DNA of 64,000 bases from Diadema antillarum (Eukaryota): assembly GCF_040938485.1 (NCBI RefSeq), contig NW_027271464.1, positions 558,001 through 622,000 of the forward strand, written 5' to 3'. A model generated the notes under the pieces. That model did not search any database. It had not been told where the DNA came from and was given only the letters and a program-made list of their open reading frames with translations. Both the position numbers and the translations under genes were made by a program. Numbering within the stretch: position 1 is the first letter of the stretch; the number at the start of each line of letters is the position of its first letter. Positions 48,767-60,361 of this stretch are shown here, piece after piece.

Positions 48767-49129
48767 TAAATTCAACATTTAGGGAGTATACAGCTCTACA
48801 CATAATATATCCTTTGTATAAAGGGAAGATGGAATGTTGTATGAAGGATCCCATGGCATGTACATGTAGCAGCAGCAACAACAACAACAACCCTGAAGTT
48901 GTCTTGGTTTTGATATTGCAATGCAGTTGATATGGATGTGCATGTCATATTTGCGTTGGAACAAGTAGATTGAATTTCTTCTGTGACTTGTCTTACCTTG
49001 ATAACTGATATTTGGGGGGGGGGGGTGTATTCCTACTTGTACTGTACAGTGTAGTACATGTAGAAAAGCCCCCTTCTTATCAAGAAATGTTTAAGTAAAA
49101 TAGAACTCATTGAATAAGTCCTTTTTTAA

Positions 49130-49880
49130 CCCTATTTTAACTGGGCTATTTGAGACCAAGTTTTTACTGGGGGGGGGGGGGTCAATTTGACCCCCCTTCA
49201 GATCTCGGCCGCCGATTGCGCAATCGCTGCAAAATTTTGCCTGAACATAGAACCAGTTGTCAACTACAAGATTACATGGTCATACAATAGAAAAATGTTG
49301 ATTTTATATTTTTAAATAAATTAATTATGCAAATTTACGTATGAAATCATATTTTCACCTATAACTCCATCAAAAAGACTGAAGGATTGCTTAATATTTG
49401 TGTCAGAGTTCCTCAAGACACATGAAACAATTTCCTTGGAAAAAAATAGCGCGATCAAAATCAGTTTCTTTTTTTTTATTGTTTTGTTAATTTCTTTTGT
49501 ATTTTATTGTTTTTTCGACCTTTTGTTTTCTATTGTTTTTTGCCAAATTTTGTTGCGAGCACTTTTTCAGGCTTATCTACATTAGAATTGATTGATTTCA
49601 ATGGTTAAAAGTTGAAATAATCTAATTCATATCAATTAAACAAAAAAAATGCAATTTGCATTGGATTTGCACACAAAATCATGAATTTGAGCTGTTTTGG
49701 GGTTGACATGCATATGCAAAACATTGCGTAACTTCTGAATGGTGTACCCGTATGTCGCAAATTTGGTCTCAAAATATGCGCGAGACTTCAATGAAAAAAG
49801 TCATGAAACGATGCGGCAAAATCTTTGCGTGTTGTGGAATCGTGGCGCGAAATGTTGAGGGGGGGTCAGTTAAAATAGGG
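49130..49880. mobile_element. piggyBac-like non-autonomous element
   Basis: TTAA-CCCTATTTTAACTG...CAGTTAAAATAGGG-TTAA; perfect 14-bp TIR. Confidence 0.85.
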
Positions 49881-49907
49881 TTAAGGGGACTTCCGTGTTA
49901 CAGATAC

Positions 49908-50338
49908 AACTAGAAAAGCACTTGGGGAGAGCACAGATCTCTACCAAGCATCTCATTTCCACCCATACACACATTCTGAAAATTGCCCTATTTCCCAGTC
50001 ACAGTGTGTCTCAGTCTTCCTCGTCAGCTTACTGCACACTGTGTCTTGAGCACACGCTAAGTATGCGTATGTACACCTCAGATGCTTACAGCTTGAACTC
50101 CATCATTTGTTGGCCCCATTTGCCAATTAAAACCTTTTTAAATAAATTGAAAAACATTCCTAAATCAAGACGGTGGTCTGGATCACTACCAAAATTCAAT
50201 CATCCATTTCATGTGTCATTATCAACTTTTCTTGTAAGTTTCATCCAAATCCATTCACAACTTTTTGAGTTAGTTTGCAAACAGACAGACAAACAAACCA
50301 ATGCAGACAAAAGTATAACCTCCTTGACAGAGGTAATA
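49908..50338 (-). mobile_element. HINE family 3, degenerate copy
   Basis: TTATTACCTCTGTCAAGGAGGTTAT start, (TTTG/TCTG) repeat, CTTGGTAGAGAT subTIR, TTTCTAGTT end; related to 59729-60177. Confidence 0.65.
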
Positions 50339-50853
50339 ATACCCCTGTGATTGTAAAGACATGATTCATGACTTTTCCATTTGTTAATATGATGTTTTAT
50401 TTCTTTAAAAAACTGAAACTATTCATTATTTTAAGAAATAAAAAATAACTCAAAAATTCAAAACTAATTCTGAAAACTGAAAAGATTTGTAATTCTCATG
50501 AATAATCTGTTAGAATCAAGTATATGACTCTGAAGTTGAGTTGGTATATACCATACAGAAGAAATTTGGGGATTAATGTATTCTTTGACTTCAGGCCCCT
50601 TATAGTGCCAAACTGTGATTAACAAATACTTTATATGCATTTAGTAGTATGTTTTTTCTCTAACCTACAGTCAGACACATTGATAGATCTGTTTTTCCTC
50701 TTGTGCACGTTTTTTGAGTTAAATGAGTCATGCTAACCTCAGAGATAAATACATTCATTTATGGAATGGCAGTCAATATATGCAAAATCACATTTTAACT
50801 GCATCTCTATGTGCATGATTACTTATTCTGAGGTCTAAATATGTTTTGTGCAG

Positions 50854-51229
50854 GCCCAAGGGTTTTGATGCAGAGCCAAACCAGGCCAGAGAATCTGACC
50901 TCTCATCAGATGCAGGGATTGACGGTTTGACCAGACAACTCAACGCTGCAAACTTGTCTGGAGACGGGGAGAAGGGACTGACGGAAGATGGCGACAACCG
51001 CGAGGAGGTTGAATGCTACGAGGATGAGTACAGCAGCGAAGATAATGACGATGACCTCTTCGTGAATACCAACCGACCGACAGTCACCTATTACTACTCG
51101 GAGAGCTCGGAAGAAGAGGAAGATGAGGAGGAGGAGGGGGAAGGGGATGACGACGGAGATGATGCAGATGATGACAGAAATGAGGGAGATGGTAGTGGCG
51201 GTAGCTATGGTGATGACACAGACCGGTAG
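50854..51229 (+). CDS. EIF1AD: EIF1AD exon 4 (terminal, acidic tail)
   Basis: cag|(W)PKGFDAE...DDDLFVNTNR...SESSEEEEDEEEE...DTDR*; conserved DLFVNTNR motif. Confidence 0.95.
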
Positions 51230-52870
51230 GCAGACTATGACGCAAAAATTCATGTTGCCAAGTGAGGAACTCTTCCCATGGGGGTGAGTGTCTTGATGAA
51301 GGAAGGGACATGAGAGCATCAGAACACTGACATTTTAGTGATACATATGTGTGAAGAGGAAGTTATGTCATTATCAAAGAGCAAAGAGCAGTATGAATGT
51401 TGATACAATGTAAGTTGTCCAATATGACATTTCCCTCAAGTTTACCCTGGCTATTTAACCATGTGACGTGGCGTGGTTCTCTGCATGAAGTGACAGCAAC
51501 TCTTGTTTTAGTTTTAAAAAAAACAACAACAACACTGTAACTATTTTTCATCTGGACACTGCTGGGAACCTGTCACATCCTGCATGACAGAAGAAGGCAA
51601 TTCTTTATCAGAGAAGTGTGATGGTATTAGCCCTATGGGTACAAAATTGTCGAGGACTACTATCTGCTTATTAAGTGACATCACAGTCACATGCCTAAGA
51701 CAGCTTGTAATGGGATGTTCGCAGGGTGACATATTAAACGACGAGCTCTCATTCTGATTCTGTATTGGCTCTCAAATGTGTGATTTCGGTCACATTTTCA
51801 CATATTGTTATGTATTGCTCATTTTGAAAAAAAACAAACAAACAAACACCAAAAGTTCCAAGGGTAGGTTCTCTTGTACAATCGTAAGTATAATGTCCAC
51901 GCTGTGTATCAGACTCCAAAAATGAGTGTGGTGCTATTGCCATTGAAATATTGTGTGCCATTCTCCTTCTTTTCCTGTGAGCTGTGTGTCACATTCAACA
52001 ACAGTCCACTGTCGTGAGAAACCCTGTGTTCCATTCGTATTGCGTTGAATACTATGTATAAGGTTGTCAGATTGGTAGACTTCAGATGCATTGCAGCTTT
52101 GAAAGCCTTTTGACAGATTGCGTAATGCCAATTAATCGCAGATGAAACACGGCTCTGTTTTACTGTAGATGGGTATTTTGTTTTTGTTTGTGTAAACACA
52201 TCTCTTTCATATTTGTTGGCAGTCTTTGCCTGAAAAAATGTAGAGAGGTTTGAGTGATAGATGACTGAACAAAATGGTGGATTTCATGTGCATGTAGCCC
52301 AATGGTGTCTGCATTGAGATTGCAGCAGGCCAATGGCCCCACACCTTCCATTGAGTTCTGCATGGCTGGTTTTAAGGTGGGCCCACTCTTGAACCCTACA
52401 GTGTCCAAAGCAATCGTGTGTGCTACCAGCCCATGATCTGCCAGTAGAGTGAAGGAATTTCAGTGTTGCAAATGTTCTTCTGTATTTTCTCGAGTATTCA
52501 TGTGAGTTGTATGTTCATTTTAAGTATACTGACGTACAAGTGTATGTTTGTGTGATGTTCTTCATGCCATTAAATGCAAATTACAAATGAAATATGAATG
52601 TTGTTATTGCACATTTTCCTTTTTTTTCCTGCATACTCATTGCCTACAGTATACAGATGCTTGACCAAGGTTGCATGTGTCTTTTGCAAGCATTGCATTT
52701 TGCAAGCAGGATTCATTGTTGAAATTGATGACACCTCTTGAAATACTTTCAGGGTTTAATATTTTTTTCTAATTATTTTTTAAATATATTTTTGTAAAAT
52801 ATTCAATTAGCAACCCTGACACAAATGCAAATATGTAATGCTTGCATGCTTATGTGTGAGCATGTATGTA

Positions 52871-53047
52871 CAGTCGATCCTGTCTATAGTGGCCATCCAA
52901 GGGAGACGAAAAAGTGACCTTTATAGACAGGTAGATGCTATAGACAGGGTCTGTAACATGCCTCTTCTCTCAGAGGGAATTTTTTAGTGGCCATATGTGG
53001 CAGGTGGCCACTATAGACAGTTGGCTGCTTTAAGACAGGCTTGACTG
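52871..53047. mobile_element. Tc1/pogo-type MITE
   Basis: TA-CAGTCGATCCTGTCT...AGACAGGCTTGACTG-TA. Confidence 0.7.
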
Positions 53048-53546
53048 TATTACAATCGTATTTACTGTATACAAGTGAACCCTGTTAAGAAACACGGATA
53101 CAAGATTTCATCAGGGAGGTGTGACAGAGACTCCTGCACATCTCCCTTCTTTCATCATTATGAGAAGATTTTTCCCACCACAAATCTTTAGCATGAATGT
53201 CTATGGCACAACTCCCTTGATGTAGTGGGCTTATTTTTGAAACTTATAACAAGATTTGTTAGTACTACAAGAGGATTTTACTGGTGACACCATCATTATT
53301 TCCCATACTTACATTGTTCATTACAATGAGATCAAATGAGAGATGGGGGGGGGGGGTGATCAAATTTGAAACTCAAACATGTTTACAAATATGTACATTC
53401 TTTTTTTTCACAATATTCTGTTAGACACAAAGTTGCTAACAACAATTCTCTAACCTACAAGTGGGGCTTAATGTGTCATGACTATCTGTAGTCCTAAACG
53501 TGTGTATTTTACAGCAATGTTTGGGCATCTGTTTTATTGGATTTAA

Positions 53547-54142
53547 AGGGATCGTACAGATCTGGTTGAGACCTAATTTCACGTTTCTAACTTCTTTTTT
53601 TTTGTGAGATAATGAGAAACCACTTATGAAATATGAAAGAGCATGTAATTCTATAAGGAATTCAACGTTTATTTGATGAAAATTGGTTTTGAAATGGCTG
53701 AGTTATCAAAAAAAGAGCGATTCTAATAAAGTGTGGGACCCACACTTTATTATGATCGCTTTGTTTTACTTTGTTTTTGGATGTTTCAGTCAATCCAAAC
53801 CCGATTTTCATCAAATAATCTTTGAATTCCTCTTAAAATGGTATGCTCTGTACTACTGTAAAAGTGGATATTTTTGCGCGACTAATTTTTCGCGCTTGAC
53901 CCAGTAAGAAGAGTTTCTCATGTTTTTAATTCCAAGGAATCAAGACATCCGCTACTGGAACATTATGGCAAACAAAAATATTTGAGTGCTTTTATTTTCG
54001 CGCTGGCTTCTGGTTGCGCGAAATGCGCAAAAATTTTAACACAGCGAAAATTTCCACTTTTACAGTATATCAAGTGTTTTCTTGGTATCTCGCAAAAAGT
54101 TAAAAGCCCAATTCTCATCTCCACCAATACTGTATCATCCCT
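53547..54142. mobile_element. Kolobok-like element carrying a nested MITE
   Basis: TTAA-AGGGATCGTACAG...CTGTATCATCCCT-TTGA (imperfect TIR and TSD). Confidence 0.55.
53856..54065. mobile_element. MITE with CTGTAAAAGTGGA TIRs, nested in a Kolobok-like element
   Basis: TA-CTGTAAAAGTGG...CCACTTTTACAG-TA. Confidence 0.8.
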
Positions 54143-54340
54143 TTGATTATGAGAAATTCTCTCGGTCCAAGTATCTCTTTGTAATGGGGTTTTATTCACC
54201 TGTATAATGATTGGAAGGTGCCATGTAAAAAATGTCTATCATACAGTTTTGAATGTACATATGTATACTGTATAATTATAAATAGTAATAGTGAAGTCAC
54301 GATAGAGGAATGCATTAAATGCCAATTGGTTTTTATTCAA

Positions 54341-54379
54341 AATTCAAGTTTTCGGGGGCCTCCCCCTTCGTCAGGGATC
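54341..54379 (-). ncRNA. Degenerate minimal hammerhead-like motif (Penelope-type terminus)
   Basis: GAUCC-CUGACGA-A-GGGGG-AGG-CCCCC-GAAA-AC-UU-GAAUU, then AAUAAA; one mismatch each in stem I and the helix III palindrome. Confidence 0.5.
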
Positions 54380-54492
54380 ATACCAGATGAAAGTGCTTAA
54401 AAATCTTTACAGTGATATCAACTGTTGATATCACTGATATTACTATTGCTATTACTATTACTACCAATTATTTATATAATTATATAATACAT

Positions 54493-54553
<61 letters not shown>

Positions 54554-54572
54554 TTTTTTTTTTTTTTTTTTT
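54493..54572. repeat. (TA)n microsatellite followed by poly(T)
   Basis: Read directly from the sequence. Confidence 0.95.
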
Positions 54573-57500
54573 GTAAATGGAACTGAGTACAGCTAAAAAT
54601 GAACACAAATAAACACCGATATCATTTGTACAGATGTGGTGCAACAACTGTTTATTTTCTTTTCTTTTCTCATAAAACTACAATACATGTACAACAAACG
54701 CAAGGACGTCTGACAGTTCTTTTTCTTCTCTTGTCAAGTTCAATATCTATCTTCTTCTTTTTTTCAAATGTATTCTCATTTGTCAAACTGTGAAGGTTGA
54801 AGTAAAACATCTACATGATATATATTCATATATATATATAGGAGATGCAGTTCTTAGCTAGTCACCGTTACACACAGATCTAATTGGTATATGAGTCAAA
54901 GAAACAGAAAAATCCACTAAGGCAAACATGAACCACAAAGTTATTCGTAAAGTCCGCTAAAGTTTTAGGTCAAAGTAGATGCTACATGCCACAAGTCGTT
55001 CACAATAGAAACCTTGCCCTCGTCTGCTTTTTGACCAGCATTGCATAACAAACGCCACCATCTTCTCGGCTTCATCTTAATTCATGCGAGTTCACGACGC
55101 AAATACAATGTAAAGAAAGAAATGGATCCAAGTTACTCTCAAATATCGCGTTCAATATCTCTACAAAAATTAATGTTTGTCATAGTGTGCTAGGTGAAGA
55201 ATCCTAATCAATTGCCGATTATCATTGCAACAGGTCCACAGGTAAACATACAAGAGGAGCGTCATCCAAATTGGCAATGACCATCACTCAAATAATTAGC
55301 AATGTAATTGAGCTTCCTTTTTTTTTTAATCTTCACACATAGATAACAAAGTTCAACAGGACAGTATATTTCTCTCTCTCCCTCTCTCTTTCTCCCTCTC
55401 CAGAAACGAAAACAAAAACATGAATCTGTATTTACAAATTTTTGTATAATTTATAGCACAATCACTCAAGAGTACATACATCTGCTGCAAAATTTCCTCG
55501 ACAATTTTTTCCCCCGATTTTTTGAAGAATCTCCAGCACCTTTAACATCTACACTGCCATTCGTTTCTGAATGTGTTGCCTGCACACTACACACATGTTC
55601 TACCTAGCATTTAACTATGAATGAAAAGTTTAAAAACAGATGCAGCTACCACATCCACAAGTATGCCCGATTTCTGGGTGCAGCCTCTTCTTTGGCAGTC
55701 AGTGCCAAAGCAGCCGCTGCAGGTCCGCGATATTCTAACGCTACACATCCATGTCTACAAAATTTTGAGTGACGCCGCTCATTCATCTAGGAACGCCTAC
55801 AAGCTGACAGGATTGAATGTTGACACTGCGAAGAATTGGAAAAAACACATGAGCCATGAATGGTCTTTGTACAATGGATATTACTTCTACAGCATCAGCC
55901 TCATTGCTCTTTCAATTGACAAGGATGAATTCCCTCAATTTATTGCCCACCAGCTTTGTGAAAATCTGGTTGTCCTGTCTTGCATTGACATACTTACCTA
56001 CTACTATTCTTCATTTGACACTAAACACATTTTTTTTTTTGCTTTTTTGTTTTAGTTTTTTTTTTTAAACTGTAAAGTTTCCGGCAAGTTCGTTGCACTA
56101 TCTGCATGGACAACATCACATAGCAAATTTGAATGGCATATTTGATTGGTGAAATGCTACGAGTCAATGCTCGGCACACTATGACCTATATTTTTTTGTT
56201 GAAAAGAGATAGAAAAAAAAGAGAGAAGAAATGGGCTCCTCAAATGGTCAAAATAAGTACACGAACATCATTTCAATCCGTGATATATCACGTTTCTTAC
56301 TCTAAAAGCTTTCTCATTTACATCTCGGTCCATAAAATATGATTGCACACAAACCTGTTGCAGCCTCTTTTTTTTTTCAAAGTTTTCTTTTATACACAAA
56401 TACAAAACAGACCAACACAATGCTGTATTTTTCCCCAAATGGACATTGTCTCCTTTAGAGTTGTTATACGGGTATTCAAAGACTAAAATCATTCTCCAGT
56501 ACAAAAAAATAAAATAAAATAAAATAAAGGTGATTACAAGAGCACATAATGCTTAAGAGAGATATCAATAACCAATTAGCATGATTTTATCCGCGACCTA
56601 CATCAGCTCATGTATTTACATAAGAACAACAGCAAAAATGAACTTGAGTTAGAAAATAATACTCCAACAATTATCATGATCATAAAAATAGAGTTATCTC
56701 TTTGCCAAGTAAGACATTAAATGAAGAAAAAAAAAATGAGAAGATAACATCTTCAGGTCACAACAAGCAGGACAAGTGAGGACAGAATCAGATGTACAGT
56801 CTACAATACGTGAAATAGTGTATGTGTTATTCTTTAAACCTCCCCCCCTCCCCCATCCGCCTTCTTTTATTAACACTGACATTTGCAACAAATCTTACTC
56901 TTTTTGACTTATTGCTGTCAGGCGATACAAGTTCACATCACTACATGATGACACGCAGACTGCATTGATATGGTGTTCGAAAAAAAAAAATCATATAAAA
57001 AATCATATCATGCGCATCCTCATCAGAAGGTTTCCATGGCAACATGGATGCATGTGAGATGTTTGCCGGAGCGGCAACAACTTTGCTCCCAAGTTCAACT
57101 GTCACCAAATAGAATCTAGAAGTGGTGTGAGATGACTAGCTCATTACAAGTCATTTGAGTGGGACCAGTCTTTGAATTTGATTCTGTCACAACCGTCCAT
57201 TCTACTACAATGTACCATGAATTTGAATCTTGTGTTACACCCCCCCCCCCCCCCCTCCTCCTCCTAGCTTAGCATCCTCTCTAAACAGAATCCAATAGTG
57301 GTGGGGGCATCAATATATTTTCAACAAAATTGGAAAGGTGGGGTGGGGGTGGCCATGGGGGTTGAGCAGAAGTGACATCAATAAAAACAGAAAGACAAAT
57401 TTTCTCTTTCAAGTCTGAAAGTACCATGCTGGTTTTCAGCTCCTTGATTTGCACCATTCAATGTCATTTTTTTTTTCTTTTTTCGTTAAATACAATTGCA

Positions 57501-59728
57501 CTGAAGGGCAGTAAAAAAAACATAATTTTGTGTACATTTACATCACTGTGACGACTATCAACCCTTTGAAAAAAAAAAAAGATATATATATATATTTCTT
57601 TCATGTAACAGTTTGCCTCATGCAGTAAAGGAAATAAAAAGTGAGAGAAAAATAGAGGCCCTCAAGTTATCTTGAATGTAAGCATCAATTGGCAGATAAG
57701 AGAAAGAATGAGAGGAGTATTAAATCGTAGCTACATAATGTTGAGGAAATAGATGTTTGACGGGACAGCACTAGACTTTGAATCTCCCTGGCAATCATAC
57801 GAAGTGAGGAGGTTGAATAGTTTGTGCACACTTGACTGGCTGTTCGTTGCTGATCCTGGGGATTTGAATCCAGACCACAATGTGTGAGGTTGTTAAATGA
57901 GGATTAACACTGCTCCTCTCTACTCTGGTGCAAGAATGGGCAAGAGGAAAGGTACGAAGCCTTGTGTGCTTGGACGCCGCAACTTTGTCGACAAAAAACA
58001 GGCGGCAGGAATGCTGCACAGAGGGTGCAGAGAGGGTGTACATTACTGCACCAGAAAGCAATGCATACAGCAAACCAGTCGGTAGGGGTTGGCTAGTGGG
58101 CTGGTGAGTGGGTTGGGGATGTGAAGATTGGGTGAGAGAAGTGGCTGAAAGTTGCAGTGACCACAATCAATCCATCAAATGATTCCCGACATATTGTGCA
58201 AAGAGATCTCTGTTCCAACAAATCCGTTGATTCTGCGGGTGCGTCTGGCTCATGAATGACCCTCGCATCAAACTGTGACACTTTCTCAAATGAAAAGAAA
58301 GAGAGATTTGTGCATGACAAGAAGTTAGTGTGCACCACAATTAATGATTGCTTTCCCTAGATGCAGTATGTACATATTAGAAGTCCATAATTAACACTGA
58401 ATGGCAGTCACATTTTGAAATGCATGATGCTCATGTAAGAAATCTTGAGCACATCTTACATGAGGGTACCCTGCTTGCATATCAGACACATGTGATTCTG
58501 TAGCGAAGACTGGAGTCTCAAGTTGAGAAAACTTCCTTGTTTGTAGATCTCGACTGTTACAGCAACTCTGTTGAAGACACTCTGATGAGATTACGTTTCG
58601 CTGGTAACATCTGGGCATCTCTTAGTCACATGAGCAAATACTGTGCAATTGGTGGCAATGTGTAAACATAATCATTATGAAAGCAACAACAGTGCCTCAA
58701 CTGGGAATGGGTGCATTTTTCATAGGATTATAATACTGCCGAAAACAAAGAAACAAGCACAAAAATTATGCTATCCGACAAAATCACATCAAAATATTTT
58801 TTTCTCTTCCATCATTTTTGTTTGAGAATGCAATTTCTTGGATAGAGGGTGGAAAACGGGTGTCTGGGCGTGTTGGTCAGATTCTCCCTCGCCGGTGAAG
58901 GTGGTCGGAACTACTGGACCGAGTGATTCTCCTACCACTGTGCATGCCCCACTAGCAAGATGAAGCACTGCTAGTTTACAGCAACCCCTCAATGTTCAGA
59001 TATGTCCGTGTGCAAAGCAGCTCTGGTGGAATATCCTCAAATCAAGACTTGCCCTAATACAGACTGAATGTGGATATATATCTGCAGAAGGGAAAAACAG
59101 TCGAAAGCCTGGAGGCAAGGCTACAGAAACTGTAAGTGTGGGCCAGTATGATCAAACATGGACCACTTGCATTTTAAAGGGCAGGTATCTGTTCTTTGTC
59201 AACCGGGCACTGGCCTACAATTTGATACATGATAGAATGCTCCTGCAGTAGAAATAAATGTACACATAAATGTTCAAACAGGAAATGTACCTCACTCACA
59301 AGTCAATTGTGCATTTGGACAAACAAGACCTATCTTCTTCTTTTCTTTCTTTCTTTCTTTCTTTTTTTTTTGCAGCCTTTTAACCCATTAGCTATAGAAA
59401 CCAAATTTGCCATGTATCACTTCTATGGCAAATTACCATATGTCAAGCAGCAAGGGCTTAAACATACTTTCGAAAAAGAGTCAGAGATATGAAGTGAAAA
59501 AGCTAGTATTACTTCTGATACTCTCGCAAACCACAAATCTTAAACTACCATTGCACTTTGTCTGAATCCCCTATGAAGTAGGTTGTTTAAAGAAATAAAA
59601 AGTAGACAAACACATACAAAGATTGCAGGAACTCTAAAAGTAGCATCTAATCTCAGTCCTAGAAGCCATGAGTTGCTGACCCATCTACACTCCCATGTAT
59701 GCCAAGCGCCAATTGAAGTCTGGTCTTT

Positions 59729-60177
59729 TTACCTCCGCCAAGGGAGGAGGTTATGTTTTCGTTACCGTTTGTTTGTCCGTGCGCAAAATAACTCAAAAAG
59801 TTGGGAACGGATTTGGATGAAACTTGCAGGAAAGGGTGAGAATGACACAAGGAACAGATAACTAAATTTTGGCAGTAATACAGAAACTTTTATGGATTTA
59901 ATGAAGGATTTTCAATATTTTGGCAGGTAGTACCTTGGGAGTTCAGGCTGCGCATTTTTGAGGTTTTCATATGCGCACTAAAGTGCGTGCTCAACTGCGA
60001 GGCGCACCGCGCAGCTCAGAGTTGATGACGTCACAAAAGCCTTCGATATCTGGGAACTTGGACGATTTTTAGCATGCAATACGTACAGGTGGAAATCACT
60101 GATCTTTGGAAAAACAGGATTATTGGAGGAAATTAGCTGCTTGGCGGAGGTCTGCGCTCTCAGCGTGCTTCTCTAGT
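59729..60177 (+). mobile_element. HINE family 3
   Basis: subTIRs ACCTCCGCCAAG / CTTGGCGGAGGT, adjacent GGAGGT inverted repeat, GCGCT-ctc-AGCGT hairpin, CTCTAG then T-run. Confidence 0.75.
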
Positions 60178-60316
60178 TTTTTGGTTTGGTTTTTTGTGTT
60201 GTTGGTTTTTTTTACAACCTATTTTAGGCTCAGAAGGGCTACTAATATATAATTTTTGATGAAGAGATACAATGTATATCCCACTTTACCCTGTTGTCAT
60301 TCAGTGCTCTTTCTAC

Positions 60317-60318
<2 letters not shown>

Positions 60319-60356
<38 letters not shown>
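60319..60356. repeat. (TG)n microsatellite
   Basis: Read directly from the sequence. Confidence 0.95.

Positions 60357-60361
<5 letters not shown>

Noticed and set aside
50906-51319. Hydrophobic minus-strand ORFs (also 41123-41515, 38143-38602, 14269-14593)
   Set aside because: Antisense or shifted-frame shadows of real exons.
55621-56055. 144-aa plus-strand ORF
   Set aside because: No recognisable family, no convincing splice context, and it ends in low-complexity T-rich sequence.
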